DNA of 59,106 nucleotides from Candidatus Hydrogenedentales bacterium (GTDB lineage Bacteria; Hydrogenedentota; Hydrogenedentia; Hydrogenedentales; SLHB01): NCBI GenBank assembly GCA_041859045.1, contig JBHELB010000051.1, positions 1 to 59,106 of the forward strand, read 5' to 3'. Shown piece by piece: positions 15,871 to 25,251 of this stretch (position 1 is its first letter; each line of letters starts with the position of its first letter). The notes under the pieces were generated by a model. It saw only the letters and a program-made list of their open reading frames with translations, ran no database searches and was not told where the DNA came from. The position numbers and the translations under genes were made by a program.

Positions 15871-17721
15871 ATGCTGAAAATACAGGAAATCACTCGCGTA
15901 TTCTCGGAAGTCGCCGATGCTTGCCGCGAACTTTACGCTTTTCGCCATTACTTCTCCAAGTGGCGCGCAAAGCTGATCATGCTCGTCATCTTGACTCCCC
16001 TCGGCGCGATTCCTGGCCTTATGGCCCCGTACATCACGAAATGCATTATCGACGTCGCGTATCCCGCGCGCGACTACCCGTATCTGTATTTTCTCTGCGC
16101 GTGCCTATTAAGTTCGGGAGTGGCCGCCATCCTGCTGAGCGTATGGGGCAGCTATCTCTCCGCGTATATCTCCAGCCTCGTAAGTCATAGGCTGGTTCTT
16201 GATCTCTACCGTGGGCTGAGTGCGATAGACCCCCACCACGACCAGCGACAAAGCAGCAGCATTGCCATCGAGCGGCTTGTGAACGACGCCCCCGCCCTGT
16301 CTCATGGCATCACCAACGCGCTTCCGCAGTTCGCCTCCATTGTCTTTGCACTTCTCACGGCCGCCAGCATCATGTCCACCATATCCCTTTGGATCACCCT
16401 CTTGGTCCTCGTCGTGCTTCCCCTGCGCTACGGCCTGACGCTCTATTTGGGGTACCACGCGCGGGCCTTGGGCCTGGAATACCGCAAGGTGAATGAGGAT
16501 ATGGTCTCTTTTGTGTCCGAATCGTGGGGGGGCATGTGGATCGAACAGATTTTTGGTCTGCGCGCGCATCGCCGCTTTATGCTTGGCCTGATTTTGCGGC
16601 GGCGCATCAACGTCATTATCGCATCCTGGCGCAACAATGCGCTTCGAGGCCAAACAGGCGAGATTCTTTCGGCGGCCTGGGGTGGCCTGCTGCTTTTTGG
16701 AGGATGGATTCTAGTTTTCAACGAATCGCTGAAGATGGGCGAGGCCGTGGCGCTTGGCTGGTACATCTCGATCCTCTCGCAACCCTTTCACCAACTCGGA
16801 GAACTGTACAAAGGTTTGATGTCCCTTTCCGTGTATGCAAAGCGGATCGGATTCATGCTGCTCCGTCCGCGACAGGACGACGACCAGAAAGTCACGCTCT
16901 CAACCAAGCCACAGAGCCTCGTCTTGCGCAACGTGTCGCTACGCCGCGCCGACAAGACGATTTTGCGCGACGTCAATCTCGAGTTTCGCATGGGCGAAGT
17001 GGTGGCAGTGATCGGGCCCAAGGGCTCGGGAAAAAGTTCGCTGCTCCAGATATTGGCAGGTCTAGCGCCGCGTCTTGAGGGAGAGTTCTTGATTAACGGA
17101 ATCGAATTTCGAAATCTGGATATTGCCAGCTATCAGCGACACGTCGCCTGGAATCCGCAAATGGGGTATCTGTTTTCCGACACCGTGCGCAACAACATAC
17201 GCTCCAATGGCAAGGCGCTCGATACGCACCGTGTTGCGCGGTACGCACATATTTTCGGCGCGCTAAACTGGGCCGGTTCCGTTGACGAAGGCCTGAACGT
17301 TAAGATTGGCGTCAGCGGACGTCACCTATCGGGGGGCGAGACGCAGGAAATAAGCATCCTGAGGAGCGTTCTAAAGGAGCCCGCCATCCTTCTTCTCGAC
17401 GAGATATGCGCCAGCAGCGATGTGGACTCGGAGCGCAGAATTCTGGAAGGTTTGGCAAGCCTGAAGCGCCACGACTGTTTAACGGTCCTGGTGACGCACA
17501 ATATGGCCTACATTAGTGAGCCTTGGATAGACCGGGTCGTTGTGGTTTCCGATGGCGCTATTTGCGAACAAGGGGCACCCTCGGCGCTAGCCAACAGTGC
17601 TGGACTTTTTGCAACATGGCTACGCAGTCCGCTTGAGAATTCCCTAACCGCCGATCCACCTGAGGGCGGCTTCTCTCCCGCCAAAGCTCCCTCGGAATTG
17701 CTCCCGGACTCCTCTAGATAG
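15871..17721 (+). CDS. ABC exporter (fused transmembrane domain plus ATPase), likely peptide exporter of the RiPP cluster
   Basis: The N-terminal six-TM ABC_membrane region is followed by Walker A 'GPKGSGKSSLLQILAGL', signature 'LSGGETQEISILRS' and Walker B 'LLLDEICAS'. No C39 peptidase domain is present. The start was chosen at ATG 15871 because the longer GTG 15718 start would overlap the CPBP gene by ~120 nt. Confidence 0.8.
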   Translation: MLKIQEITRVFSEVADACRELYAFRHYFSKWRAKLIMLVILTPLGAIPGLMAPYITKCIIDVAYPARDYPYLYFLCACLLSSGVAAILLSVWGSYLSAYISSLVSHRLVLDLYRGLSAIDPHHDQRQSSSIAIERLVNDAPALSHGITNALPQFASIVFALLTAASIMSTISLWITLLVLVVLPLRYGLTLYLGYHARALGLEYRKVNEDMVSFVSESWGGMWIEQIFGLRAHRRFMLGLILRRRINVIIASWRNNALRGQTGEILSAAWGGLLLFGGWILVFNESLKMGEAVALGWYISILSQPFHQLGELYKGLMSLSVYAKRIGFMLLRPRQDDDQKVTLSTKPQSLVLRNVSLRRADKTILRDVNLEFRMGEVVAVIGPKGSGKSSLLQILAGLAPRLEGEFLINGIEFRNLDIASYQRHVAWNPQMGYLFSDTVRNNIRSNGKALDTHRVARYAHIFGALNWAGSVDEGLNVKIGVSGRHLSGGETQEISILRSVLKEPAILLLDEICASSDVDSERRILEGLASLKRHDCLTVLVTHNMAYISEPWIDRVVVVSDGAICEQGAPSALANSAGLFATWLRSPLENSLTADPPEGGFSPAKAPSELLPDSSR

Positions 17722-17768
17722 AGATAGGCAAGAGCATCGCGCGCCTCTTGGTGTCGCAAGGAAATGCG

Positions 17769-18992
17769 TTATTCAACTCCAGCGACATCGCCCAAGGCGA
17801 AGATGGGGAGGAGCATGGCCATCACGATGAAACCGACCATGCCGCCCATGAGCACGATCATGAGCGGTTCGAGCAACGTCATGGCGATTTTGATCTGGCG
17901 GTCGATCTCTTGCTCATGCTCCGCGGCGACATGATGAAGGGATTCGCCCAGTGTGCCGCTTTCTTCTCCCACGGCGACCACGCTGGAGAGCAGTTTGGGG
18001 AACAGCGGCCCTTTCTCAAGGGCTTGGCTAAGGCGCTGTCCTTCGCGCAGCGCCGTGGCGAGTCCGGTTACGGCGTGGCGGTAGTACACGTTCGACAACG
18101 TCTCGGCGGTAATGCCCAGTCCGCGCACGATAGGCACCCCGCTTTCAAGCAGTGTCGCGAGCGTTCGAGCAAAATCGGCGATCTGCCCTTTGCGCACAAT
18201 GTGTTGGAGCACGGGCAACCGCAACAGGAACCCGCTCGTGAACCGCTTTCCCTTCCCTGTGCGCGCGAAGCGAACGACGCCAACCGCCGCAACGGTAGCG
18301 ACGGGCAAGAATACCGGCCAGCCGGTCTGCATCGCGTGACTCAGGGAAACGAGCGCCTGTGTCGGAGCGGGAAGCGCCTGACCGCTATCTTTGAAAACGC
18401 CCGTGAACATCGGTACGACAAACGTGAGCAGCACCACCACGGTGATGAGCCCGAGCGCGAGCATCACTGAAGGATAAACCAACGCCATTCGGATGCGCCC
18501 TTTGAGTTCGTCGCGCTTTTGCCCTACCTCCGCCAAGCGGACCAGCACTTCCACCAATCGCCCACTTTCTTCGCCCGCGCGCACAAGGTTGATGTACATG
18601 GAATCGAAGATGAGAGGATACCGGGCGAGTGCATCGGCAAACGTGGAACCGTCCTCGAGCGCGGTGCGCAGGCCCGCGGCGATTGTGCGCCATATGGGCT
18701 TGTCGAGTTGCGCGCGGAGCGTGTCGAGCGCCGCTGACAGCGGCAACCCGGCCTTGAGCAACGCGGCCATGTCACGCGTAAGCCGCGTCAACTCATTGCG
18801 GCGAAGCCCTGTGCCCATCCCGAAGCGCATCGCGCGGCGTGCTCCTTCCGCGTCTTCGATGCCGCTGAGCTGGATGATGTGGTAGCCCCTCGCCTGCAAG
18901 AGCGAAGCCGCCGCAGGAGCGGACGCGGCGTCGATCTCGCCGCGTTCGACGTGGCCAGGCTCTCGGATCGCCTCATACGTGAAAAGACTCAT
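17769..18992 (-). CDS. gspF: Type II secretion system protein F (inner-membrane platform)
   Basis: GspF/PilC-family duplicated domain architecture. The start at 'MSLFTYEAIREPG' overlaps the gspE stop (ATGA). Confidence 0.85.
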   Translation of the reverse strand: MSLFTYEAIREPGHVERGEIDAASAPAAASLLQARGYHIIQLSGIEDAEGARRAMRFGMGTGLRRNELTRLTRDMAALLKAGLPLSAALDTLRAQLDKPIWRTIAAGLRTALEDGSTFADALARYPLIFDSMYINLVRAGEESGRLVEVLVRLAEVGQKRDELKGRIRMALVYPSVMLALGLITVVVLLTFVVPMFTGVFKDSGQALPAPTQALVSLSHAMQTGWPVFLPVATVAAVGVVRFARTGKGKRFTSGFLLRLPVLQHIVRKGQIADFARTLATLLESGVPIVRGLGITAETLSNVYYRHAVTGLATALREGQRLSQALEKGPLFPKLLSSVVAVGEESGTLGESLHHVAAEHEQEIDRQIKIAMTLLEPLMIVLMGGMVGFIVMAMLLPIFALGDVAGVE

Positions 18993-20533
18993 ACGCTCGC
19001 GGACGCTCCCTCTGCATTCTGGACTTCCCTGTCGTCCTGCGTGACGCGCAGCACTTCGTCGATCGTCGTTACGCCCGCGCTGACTTGCGCCCATCCGTTC
19101 GCGCGGAGCGTTTCCATCCCTTTCGCCACGGCCTCTCGCTTAATCCGCGACGCAGGGGCCTGGTCCATGATGAGTTGCCGGATATCGTCGTCAAGCATCA
19201 GCATCTCGTAGATCGCCATGCGGCCGTAGTAGCCCGAGCCGCGACATTCATCGCATCCACTTCCCCGGCGAAGCCCGCTTGCGTCGACAGTGCCAGGATC
19301 AACGCCCAGTTCCACCAGCGCCTCATGCGCGGGGATATCCGGCGCGGCGCAGTGCGGACAGATCGTGCGCACCAGTCGCTGGGCGATAGAGGCTTCCACC
19401 GACGACGCGAGCAAATACGGCTCGATGCCGATGTCCACAAGGCGCGGCGCGGCCCCCGCGGCGTCATTGGTGTGCAGGGTGCTGAACACCAAGTGCCCCG
19501 TAAGGGCGCAGCGAATCGCCAACTCGGCGGTCTCGAAGTCGCGAATCTCGCCGACCATCATGACGTCCGGATCGTGGCGCAGCATCGATCGCAATCCGCG
19601 GGCGAAGGTGAAGCCGATATCCGAGCGGACCTGCATCTGGCATATCCCTTCGATCTGATACTCAACGGGATCCTCCACGGTGATGATCTTGCGGTCGGTC
19701 TTGTTGATGCGGTTCAGGCAGGCGTAAAGTGTGGTCGTTTTGCCGCTGCCCGTGGGCCCTGTGAGCAGCACGATGCCGTGAGGCCTGCGCAAGAGCAGTT
19801 CGAAGCGCTCGAGGTCGCGCGGGCCGAATCCAATCGCCTCGAGTCCCATGAGCACATTACTGCGTTGCAGAATACGGATGTTGACGCTCTCGCCGTGCGC
19901 AATAGGTATCACGGAGACGCGCAGATCGAAGTCCTTGCTGCCGATCCGCGCGCGGATGCGTCCGTCTTGGGGAAGCCGCCGTTCGGCGATGTCCATGTTG
20001 GCCATGATCTTGATGCGCGAGGCGATCGCCTCGCGAAAATGGCGGATGGACTCCGGAATGGCCGCATCGAACAGAATGCCGTCGATGCGATACCGAACGC
20101 GCAGTTTGTTTTCGAACGGTTCGAGATGCACATCGGTGGCGCGACTGGCGTATGCATCCACAATGAGTTGGTTCACAAATTTGACGATGGACGCCGCGCC
20201 CGGGTCTTCGTCCAGTCCCGCCTCGACAACGTCCGCCGTTTCCGCATTCAACGTGGCGCCCTGAACCAGCGTTTCCAAGGTGTCCGCGCCCACGCCGTAA
20301 TATGCGCGAATGGCCTCCTTGATCGCCGACTCCGCGGCTCGCTCGCCCGCGACGGGACGTTCGAGCGCCAACGCGAGTTCGTCGAGCACGTCGGTTCTTG
20401 CAGGCTCGGTCATCGCCACCACGAGGCAGCCGTCTTCCAACCGCAACGGAACGACGCCGTAATGCACCGCAATGCGCGCGGACATTTGCGCCAAGACAGC
20501 GTCGGGAATATCGAACCGGGTCTCGGTGCTCAT
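18989..20533 (-). CDS. gspE: Type II secretion ATPase GspE
   Basis: Walker A 'LLTGPTGSGKTTTLYA', Asp box and His box, plus a CxxC...CxxC zinc motif 'CPHC...CDEC'. Confidence 0.9.
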   Translation of the reverse strand: MSTETRFDIPDAVLAQMSARIAVHYGVVPLRLEDGCLVVAMTEPARTDVLDELALALERPVAGERAAESAIKEAIRAYYGVGADTLETLVQGATLNAETADVVEAGLDEDPGAASIVKFVNQLIVDAYASRATDVHLEPFENKLRVRYRIDGILFDAAIPESIRHFREAIASRIKIMANMDIAERRLPQDGRIRARIGSKDFDLRVSVIPIAHGESVNIRILQRSNVLMGLEAIGFGPRDLERFELLLRRPHGIVLLTGPTGSGKTTTLYACLNRINKTDRKIITVEDPVEYQIEGICQMQVRSDIGFTFARGLRSMLRHDPDVMMVGEIRDFETAELAIRCALTGHLVFSTLHTNDAAGAAPRLVDIGIEPYLLASSVEASIAQRLVRTICPHCAAPDIPAHEALVELGVDPGTVDASGLRRGSGCDECRGSGYYGRMAIYEMLMLDDDIRQLIMDQAPASRIKREAVAKGMETLRANGWAQVSAGVTTIDEVLRVTQDDREVQNAEGASASV

Positions 20534-20601
20534 CGCCGCCGCTCTTTGTTGCTCAATCTCGGAAGATCTGCGCTATACATAGCTGCGCTCACGCTTGCGG
20601 A

Positions 20602-22818
20602 TTACTCCTTTCGCTTTTCCTGTGTGACGCCAAGACGCCTCTCCGTGGCGCGTTGATCAAGTTCCTGCTGCATACCCACGATGGAAGGCGAGGAACCAAC
20701 GTTTGCGCCGGTGACCATCGGGCGAAGAATCAGGATAATTTCCTGCTCCGTGCGCGTGTCCTCGTTGGTCTTGAACAAGCGTCCGACGACGGGCACCTTG
20801 CGCAATCCCGGAACGCCTTGCTCGCCTTCTTTGCGTGTGCGCTGGCGCAGGCCGCCGAGAATCACCGTCCCCCCGTCGCGAACGCTTACCATCGACTCGG
20901 CAGTGGACCGATCCACCACGGGCGTGCCCCCGCGAATCTCGATGAGGTTGCTGAGTTCGAGTTGCACGCGAAGTCCGATAAGCCCTTCGGTATTGATGGT
21001 GGGCGCGACGCGAAGCGTGGTTCCCACAGGAAGGAAGCGAACATCCTGCAAGGTTGTGTTCGTTTCGCCGTTGACGGTCACCACCGTGTACGGCTCGTCG
21101 CGGGTGCTGCTGAACGCCGCTTCCTGGCCGTCGCGCACCAGAATCTTCGGGCTCGCGATCATGTGCGTGTCGTTATCTGTCGTCAGCGCCTGGATGAGCG
21201 CATTGTAGTCCGCATACTCCAGATTGCCGATGGACAACCGCGCCTGATTCGCCGCGTCGCCCACTGCCGGGGCAAAGTTGATCTGCGCCTCAGCCCGGTC
21301 GTAGCGCAAGCCCCCGTCAGTCTTGTCCAACACCGCTTTCCACTTCACTCCCAGTTGCCGAATCAACGTCGAATTCACGGCCAAAATCTCGGCTTCGATA
21401 TGCACCTGCCGCACGGCCTCGTCCCATCGACGCATGAGCGACAGAATTTCCTCTGCTTGCTCCGGACTCGCGCGGAACGTTACTTTGCGGCCGACCTTAT
21501 CCACACTCACATAGGCGTCCTCTCTGGGCAACAACGCAGCGAGCTTCATCTCCACCTCAAGCTCTGCAGGGTCGGCATTCTGAAACTGAAACACGTGAAG
21601 ATCGCTGGGAACATCGACGCTCTCAATGATCTGCGCCAAGCGGTCCAACACAGAGGCGATATGCGTCACGATCACCGAATTCGTCCGCGGGTCGGAAACC
21701 ACGGTGGATAATGGTCCCAACGCGCCTTCCGAGGTATTGGCGGTTGCGTCTTGCGCCAACGGCGCGGCGGCCGCGGGTTGCGCGGCGCTTACGGGCGCGT
21801 TTGTTGTGCCGCTAACTGGACCGGGGTTGTTGGCAGAGGGCGACGCGGCACGCGGCGCGGCGCTGGCCGCCTCAACAGGCTGCGCTGCACGTGCCCTTCC
21901 TTCTGTCGAAGGCGGGCCCGAGATCGGTTGTGTCGTTTTCGACCGCGTTTGCGGGGCGACTTCCGGCGAATTCGAGGTCGATGTGGATTTCTGCCCCGTC
22001 AACACTTCACGCAACAGCGAAGCGATCTCGTCGGACTGCGCGTAGCGCAGCACGAAGACGCGCGTCTGCATCCGATCCGGCTGATCGAATTGGCGAATCA
22101 ATTCCTCAATGCGAGCAAGATTATCCTCCGTTTCGGTCACCAGGAGTTGATTGGTCCGCGGATCGGCCTGAACCGCGCTGGGCGCGCTCGCATACCCCTG
22201 AACAAGCGGCAATACGTCGCCCGCGGCGGCATACTGTAACGGCAAGACCCGCGTGGAACGCGGCTGATCGAGTTGCTCCACCAGTAAGACCACCGCCGCC
22301 ACTCGGTCCGTCTGCTCGGCGAGCACCAGCGCGTTGGTCTCTGGATACGCGAGCGCCAGCGCGTCCTTGCTGAGAAGCCCCTTGGCGCTTAGCGTGGCGG
22401 CGACATCGGCCGCGCGTGCGTACTTGAGCGGAATAACCCGCCGTTCGCGCCCGAGATTAAAATCCTGAATGTATTCATCGTGCGTGAGCACCCACACCAC
22501 GTTTCCGTTCTTGACGTACTCCAGTCCGTTGACCTTGCATGTCTCCGCCAGCGCTTGCTCTGGGTTCATATCACGGATGAATGCGCTGAACTTCCCAGAC
22601 ACCTTCGAACTGATCATGACGCTGAAGCCAGTCGCCTCGGAAAGCTGGCTCATGGCTTCGGCGGGCTCTGCACCGTTGATATCGATGGAGACCAACGGCC
22701 CCGGGGCGTCTTGCGAGCCCGCGGGCGTCGCCGGCTCTTGCGAGTATGCACACCACGCGCAAAAAACGATTCCAAGAACCACTGCGGCGTTCCGAATTGG
22801 CCTTTCCAGCCCCTTCAT
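20602..22818 (-). CDS. gspD: Secretin GspD (outer-membrane channel)
   Basis: Signal peptide, N-domain repeats, and a C-terminal secretin domain 'VVDRSTAESMVSVRDGGTVILGGL...VPGLRKVPVVGRLFK'. Confidence 0.85.
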   Translation of the reverse strand: MKGLERPIRNAAVVLGIVFCAWCAYSQEPATPAGSQDAPGPLVSIDINGAEPAEAMSQLSEATGFSVMISSKVSGKFSAFIRDMNPEQALAETCKVNGLEYVKNGNVVWVLTHDEYIQDFNLGRERRVIPLKYARAADVAATLSAKGLLSKDALALAYPETNALVLAEQTDRVAAVVLLVEQLDQPRSTRVLPLQYAAAGDVLPLVQGYASAPSAVQADPRTNQLLVTETEDNLARIEELIRQFDQPDRMQTRVFVLRYAQSDEIASLLREVLTGQKSTSTSNSPEVAPQTRSKTTQPISGPPSTEGRARAAQPVEAASAAPRAASPSANNPGPVSGTTNAPVSAAQPAAAAPLAQDATANTSEGALGPLSTVVSDPRTNSVIVTHIASVLDRLAQIIESVDVPSDLHVFQFQNADPAELEVEMKLAALLPREDAYVSVDKVGRKVTFRASPEQAEEILSLMRRWDEAVRQVHIEAEILAVNSTLIRQLGVKWKAVLDKTDGGLRYDRAEAQINFAPAVGDAANQARLSIGNLEYADYNALIQALTTDNDTHMIASPKILVRDGQEAAFSSTRDEPYTVVTVNGETNTTLQDVRFLPVGTTLRVAPTINTEGLIGLRVQLELSNLIEIRGGTPVVDRSTAESMVSVRDGGTVILGGLRQRTRKEGEQGVPGLRKVPVVGRLFKTNEDTRTEQEIILILRPMVTGANVGSSPSIVGMQQELDQRATERRLGVTQEKRKE

Positions 22819-22827
22819 CGCAAACCC

Positions 22828-23307
22828 TCACCTTCTCTTCAGAAGAACCTCGTCACCGCCGCGCTGCAAACGCACCGCGTCCTTTTCCACAGCGATCACC
22901 TGAAACACGCCAAGCACGTCGCCGGCCCCCACCGAAAACGAGCGATTCTGCTTTGTGTCTTTAATGAAAGCGCGGCGCTGGCCATCGCGGAAAGAAATGC
23001 CCGAGAGTCGATAGCGGCCCAACTCGTCCACCACCTTTTCCTCGGCCGCGCGGTAGGTGCGAAATACCGCTCTGCCGGATGTGGCCGTCATTACGCGCTC
23101 TTTCGAAATGGGTTCGACCCGCGCGATGCGCTCCGCGCGGGCCGCGTTGACAGAGGAGTCCGCTACGGCCACGGACCACGTCTCGCGGAAAATTACGGCG
23201 ACCGCGAACAGAAGCGTTAGCGCGATGTTCGCAAGAATGCCGAACCGAACCGCTTTGCCCAAGGCCGTCTCGAGACGCCTAAACTCCATCCTAGCCGCCT
23301 CCTGCAC
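22828..23307 (-). CDS. T2SS-associated membrane-anchored periplasmic protein (GspC/GspN/PilP-like)
   Basis: 159 aa with an N-terminal TM helix. It sits between the gspM-like gene and gspD. Confidence 0.5.
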   Translation of the reverse strand: MQEAARMEFRRLETALGKAVRFGILANIALTLLFAVAVIFRETWSVAVADSSVNAARAERIARVEPISKERVMTATSGRAVFRTYRAAEEKVVDELGRYRLSGISFRDGQRRAFIKDTKQNRSFSVGAGDVLGVFQVIAVEKDAVRLQRGGDEVLLKRR

Positions 23308-23836
23308 GCGGACACATCTTGCTGATCGAAACCGTGATGGAGATCGGAGGCGCGGTCCGGTTGACCGTAAGCGTAAGCGCTTGGGAATTGAGCAAATGCT
23401 CGGAAGTCTGCAACGCCTGAAGGAATTTGACCACGCTGTGCGCGTCGCCGCGCGCGCTCAATTCCACACCGATTCGATCAAAGGCCCCTTCCGTACGTTT
23501 GACCAATGGCCGCACGTTTCCCACATCCAGTCCGGCGTCCCGCGCGACGACATCCACCTCGGAGAAGAGCGCGAGCATGGCGTCTTCGCCTGCCTCCTGC
23601 CGGGGCAACGCCTGCTTCACGGCGGCGTATTCGCGCTCGATAATCTCGCGATTCGCCGACAGCCCACGCAGCTCATCAAGACGCTGCTCCAGCGTGTGCG
23701 CGCGCCGGTGCAGCGCAGTCCACTCCAACGTCACCGGCTCGATGAAAAGCGAGTACACTCCCGCCGCGAGCACTACGGCCAGCGTGAAACCACCCGCCAC
23801 ACGCTCTCGATAGTTGGGTTTGCGGAGCCTGATCAT
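23291..23836 (-). CDS. T2SS protein M-like (PilO-like)
   Basis: 181 aa with a single N-terminal TM plus periplasmic coiled-coil. It lies between the gspL-like gene and the gspC-like gene. Confidence 0.5.
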   Translation of the reverse strand: MIRLRKPNYRERVAGGFTLAVVLAAGVYSLFIEPVTLEWTALHRRAHTLEQRLDELRGLSANREIIEREYAAVKQALPRQEAGEDAMLALFSEVDVVARDAGLDVGNVRPLVKRTEGAFDRIGVELSARGDAHSVVKFLQALQTSEHLLNSQALTLTVNRTAPPISITVSISKMCPRAGGG

Positions 23837-25251
23837 TGGGCCTCCGCGAGCGTTGAGAATCTACAGGCGATCTTGAACTCAACCAGTTCCACGCCCGCCG
23901 AACTCTTCGGTTTTGCGCATTGAATCAACTCGGGATTGGAGAAAACTTCTGATTTCCGGAGCGCGCTGACAAAACGATAGACGCCCGTGAAGGACTGCGC
24001 CTCGCCGCCAAAAGTAACGTTGCGGCGCGCGTCGTAGCGCAGATGGTTAACCGCAATCTCCTGCGGCGTAATCCCGTATAGCTCGAGCACCGCGCGAAGC
24101 GGCAGCGTGACCTCGGCGCGTTCGCTCCCGAGACGGCGAAGATGCTCGTTCTTCTCCGCGAGGTCATTGACCGCTTCCCCCAGTGCGGTAATCTCCAGCG
24201 AAGCGCGCTCGCCACGGGCGCGTTCGCTGGCCAATGCATAGAAGGCGAAGCCTCCTAGCAACAGCCCCTGCCACAACAGCAACAGCGCGACCGCCACCGC
24301 CCGCTGCAACACCCTGCGTCGCGCCAAGCGTGTGCGTTCGCGATTCGGCAAGAGACTCGACGTATCGGTTTCCGCCGAAGCACCGAGCGCAGCGCCCGCC
24401 GCCATAAAGAGGATTGGATCATGAGGCAATGGAACAGCGAGTCCGTTTACGGAAAGCCCGCCCAGTGCATGCGCACTCACGCCGTTGTGAAGACACGCCT
24501 CGACGAACTCGCCCTCCACAACAGATGGCGAATTCATCACAAACAGCGGTGCATTGCCCGCGCCTGGGTCCAACTCGCGCGTCGCGCGAAGCATCGAGAA
24601 CGCGCTCTCCAGAGAGGGAGTGCCCTCGCTGTCTTTGGCGCGGGAGAACTCGAGGCTTCCCGTCGCCGCCAGGCGCAAATATTCGAGCCCCTCGTTCAGT
24701 ACAACCAGAAGCGCGCATCCCTCCGGCCCGTTCGAGCGCGCCATCAGGCGGCCTAGCGATAGGGTGGACACTTCGACCGCAGTGACCGCGACGCCTAGGC
24801 CCGCCAGACGCTGAATGTGTCCACTCACCAGTTCCGTCTTCGCCAGCAATGTCAACACGCGCGTACAGCCTGGCTTGTCCTCGCCGAGAATCTGGTAGCC
24901 CACGAGGCTTTCTTCGACAGGCCACGGCGCCATCGAAGCGCTTTCGTATGGAATCATCTTTGCAATGGCGCGAGGATCGGTTGTCGGCAAGGACAGCCAG
25001 CGCAGAATCACTTTGCTGCGAGGCAAAGAGAGAATCGCTTCGTTTCCCGGGCGATATCTCAGACCGCGGAGCGTTTCCTTGGCCGATTCCGTCGACAACT
25101 CCGAAGCGGTCTCGGGGAGTTCAAGCGCGCCTCGGCGTTGCGCGACGGCAACGATGCGGTAGCGCTCTTCGCGCGCGGGTACAATAACGAAAGTGCGCGC
25201 GGCGCGAGCCCTCGAGATCAAATTCCGCCCTAGAGCTGCGAGTCGTGCCAT
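23833..25251 (-). CDS. T2SS protein L-like (cytoplasmic actin-like domain, TM, periplasmic domain)
   Basis: Bitopic ~470-aa protein following gspK. The start is uncertain; Met 25251 was chosen to limit overlap with gspK. Confidence 0.55.
   Translation of the reverse strand: MARLAALGRNLISRARAARTFVIVPAREERYRIVAVAQRRGALELPETASELSTESAKETLRGLRYRPGNEAILSLPRSKVILRWLSLPTTDPRAIAKMIPYESASMAPWPVEESLVGYQILGEDKPGCTRVLTLLAKTELVSGHIQRLAGLGVAVTAVEVSTLSLGRLMARSNGPEGCALLVVLNEGLEYLRLAATGSLEFSRAKDSEGTPSLESAFSMLRATRELDPGAGNAPLFVMNSPSVVEGEFVEACLHNGVSAHALGGLSVNGLAVPLPHDPILFMAAGAALGASAETDTSSLLPNRERTRLARRRVLQRAVAVALLLLWQGLLLGGFAFYALASERARGERASLEITALGEAVNDLAEKNEHLRRLGSERAEVTLPLRAVLELYGITPQEIAVNHLRYDARRNVTFGGEAQSFTGVYRFVSALRKSEVFSNPELIQCAKPKSSAGVELVEFKIACRFSTLAEAQ

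Noticed and set aside
19085-21711. Long + strand ORFs (19085..20656, 20398..21711 and similar) antisense to gspE/gspD, and comparable antisense ORFs across the GC-rich part (for example 10490..11173, 12036..13121, 13347..14054, 15539..15850, 25245..25952, 41994..42917, 43110..44030, 45805..46692)
   Set aside because: They overlap genes with strong motif support on the other strand and have Arg/Pro/Ala-rich low-complexity translations typical of high-GC antisense frames. No recognisable domains are present.
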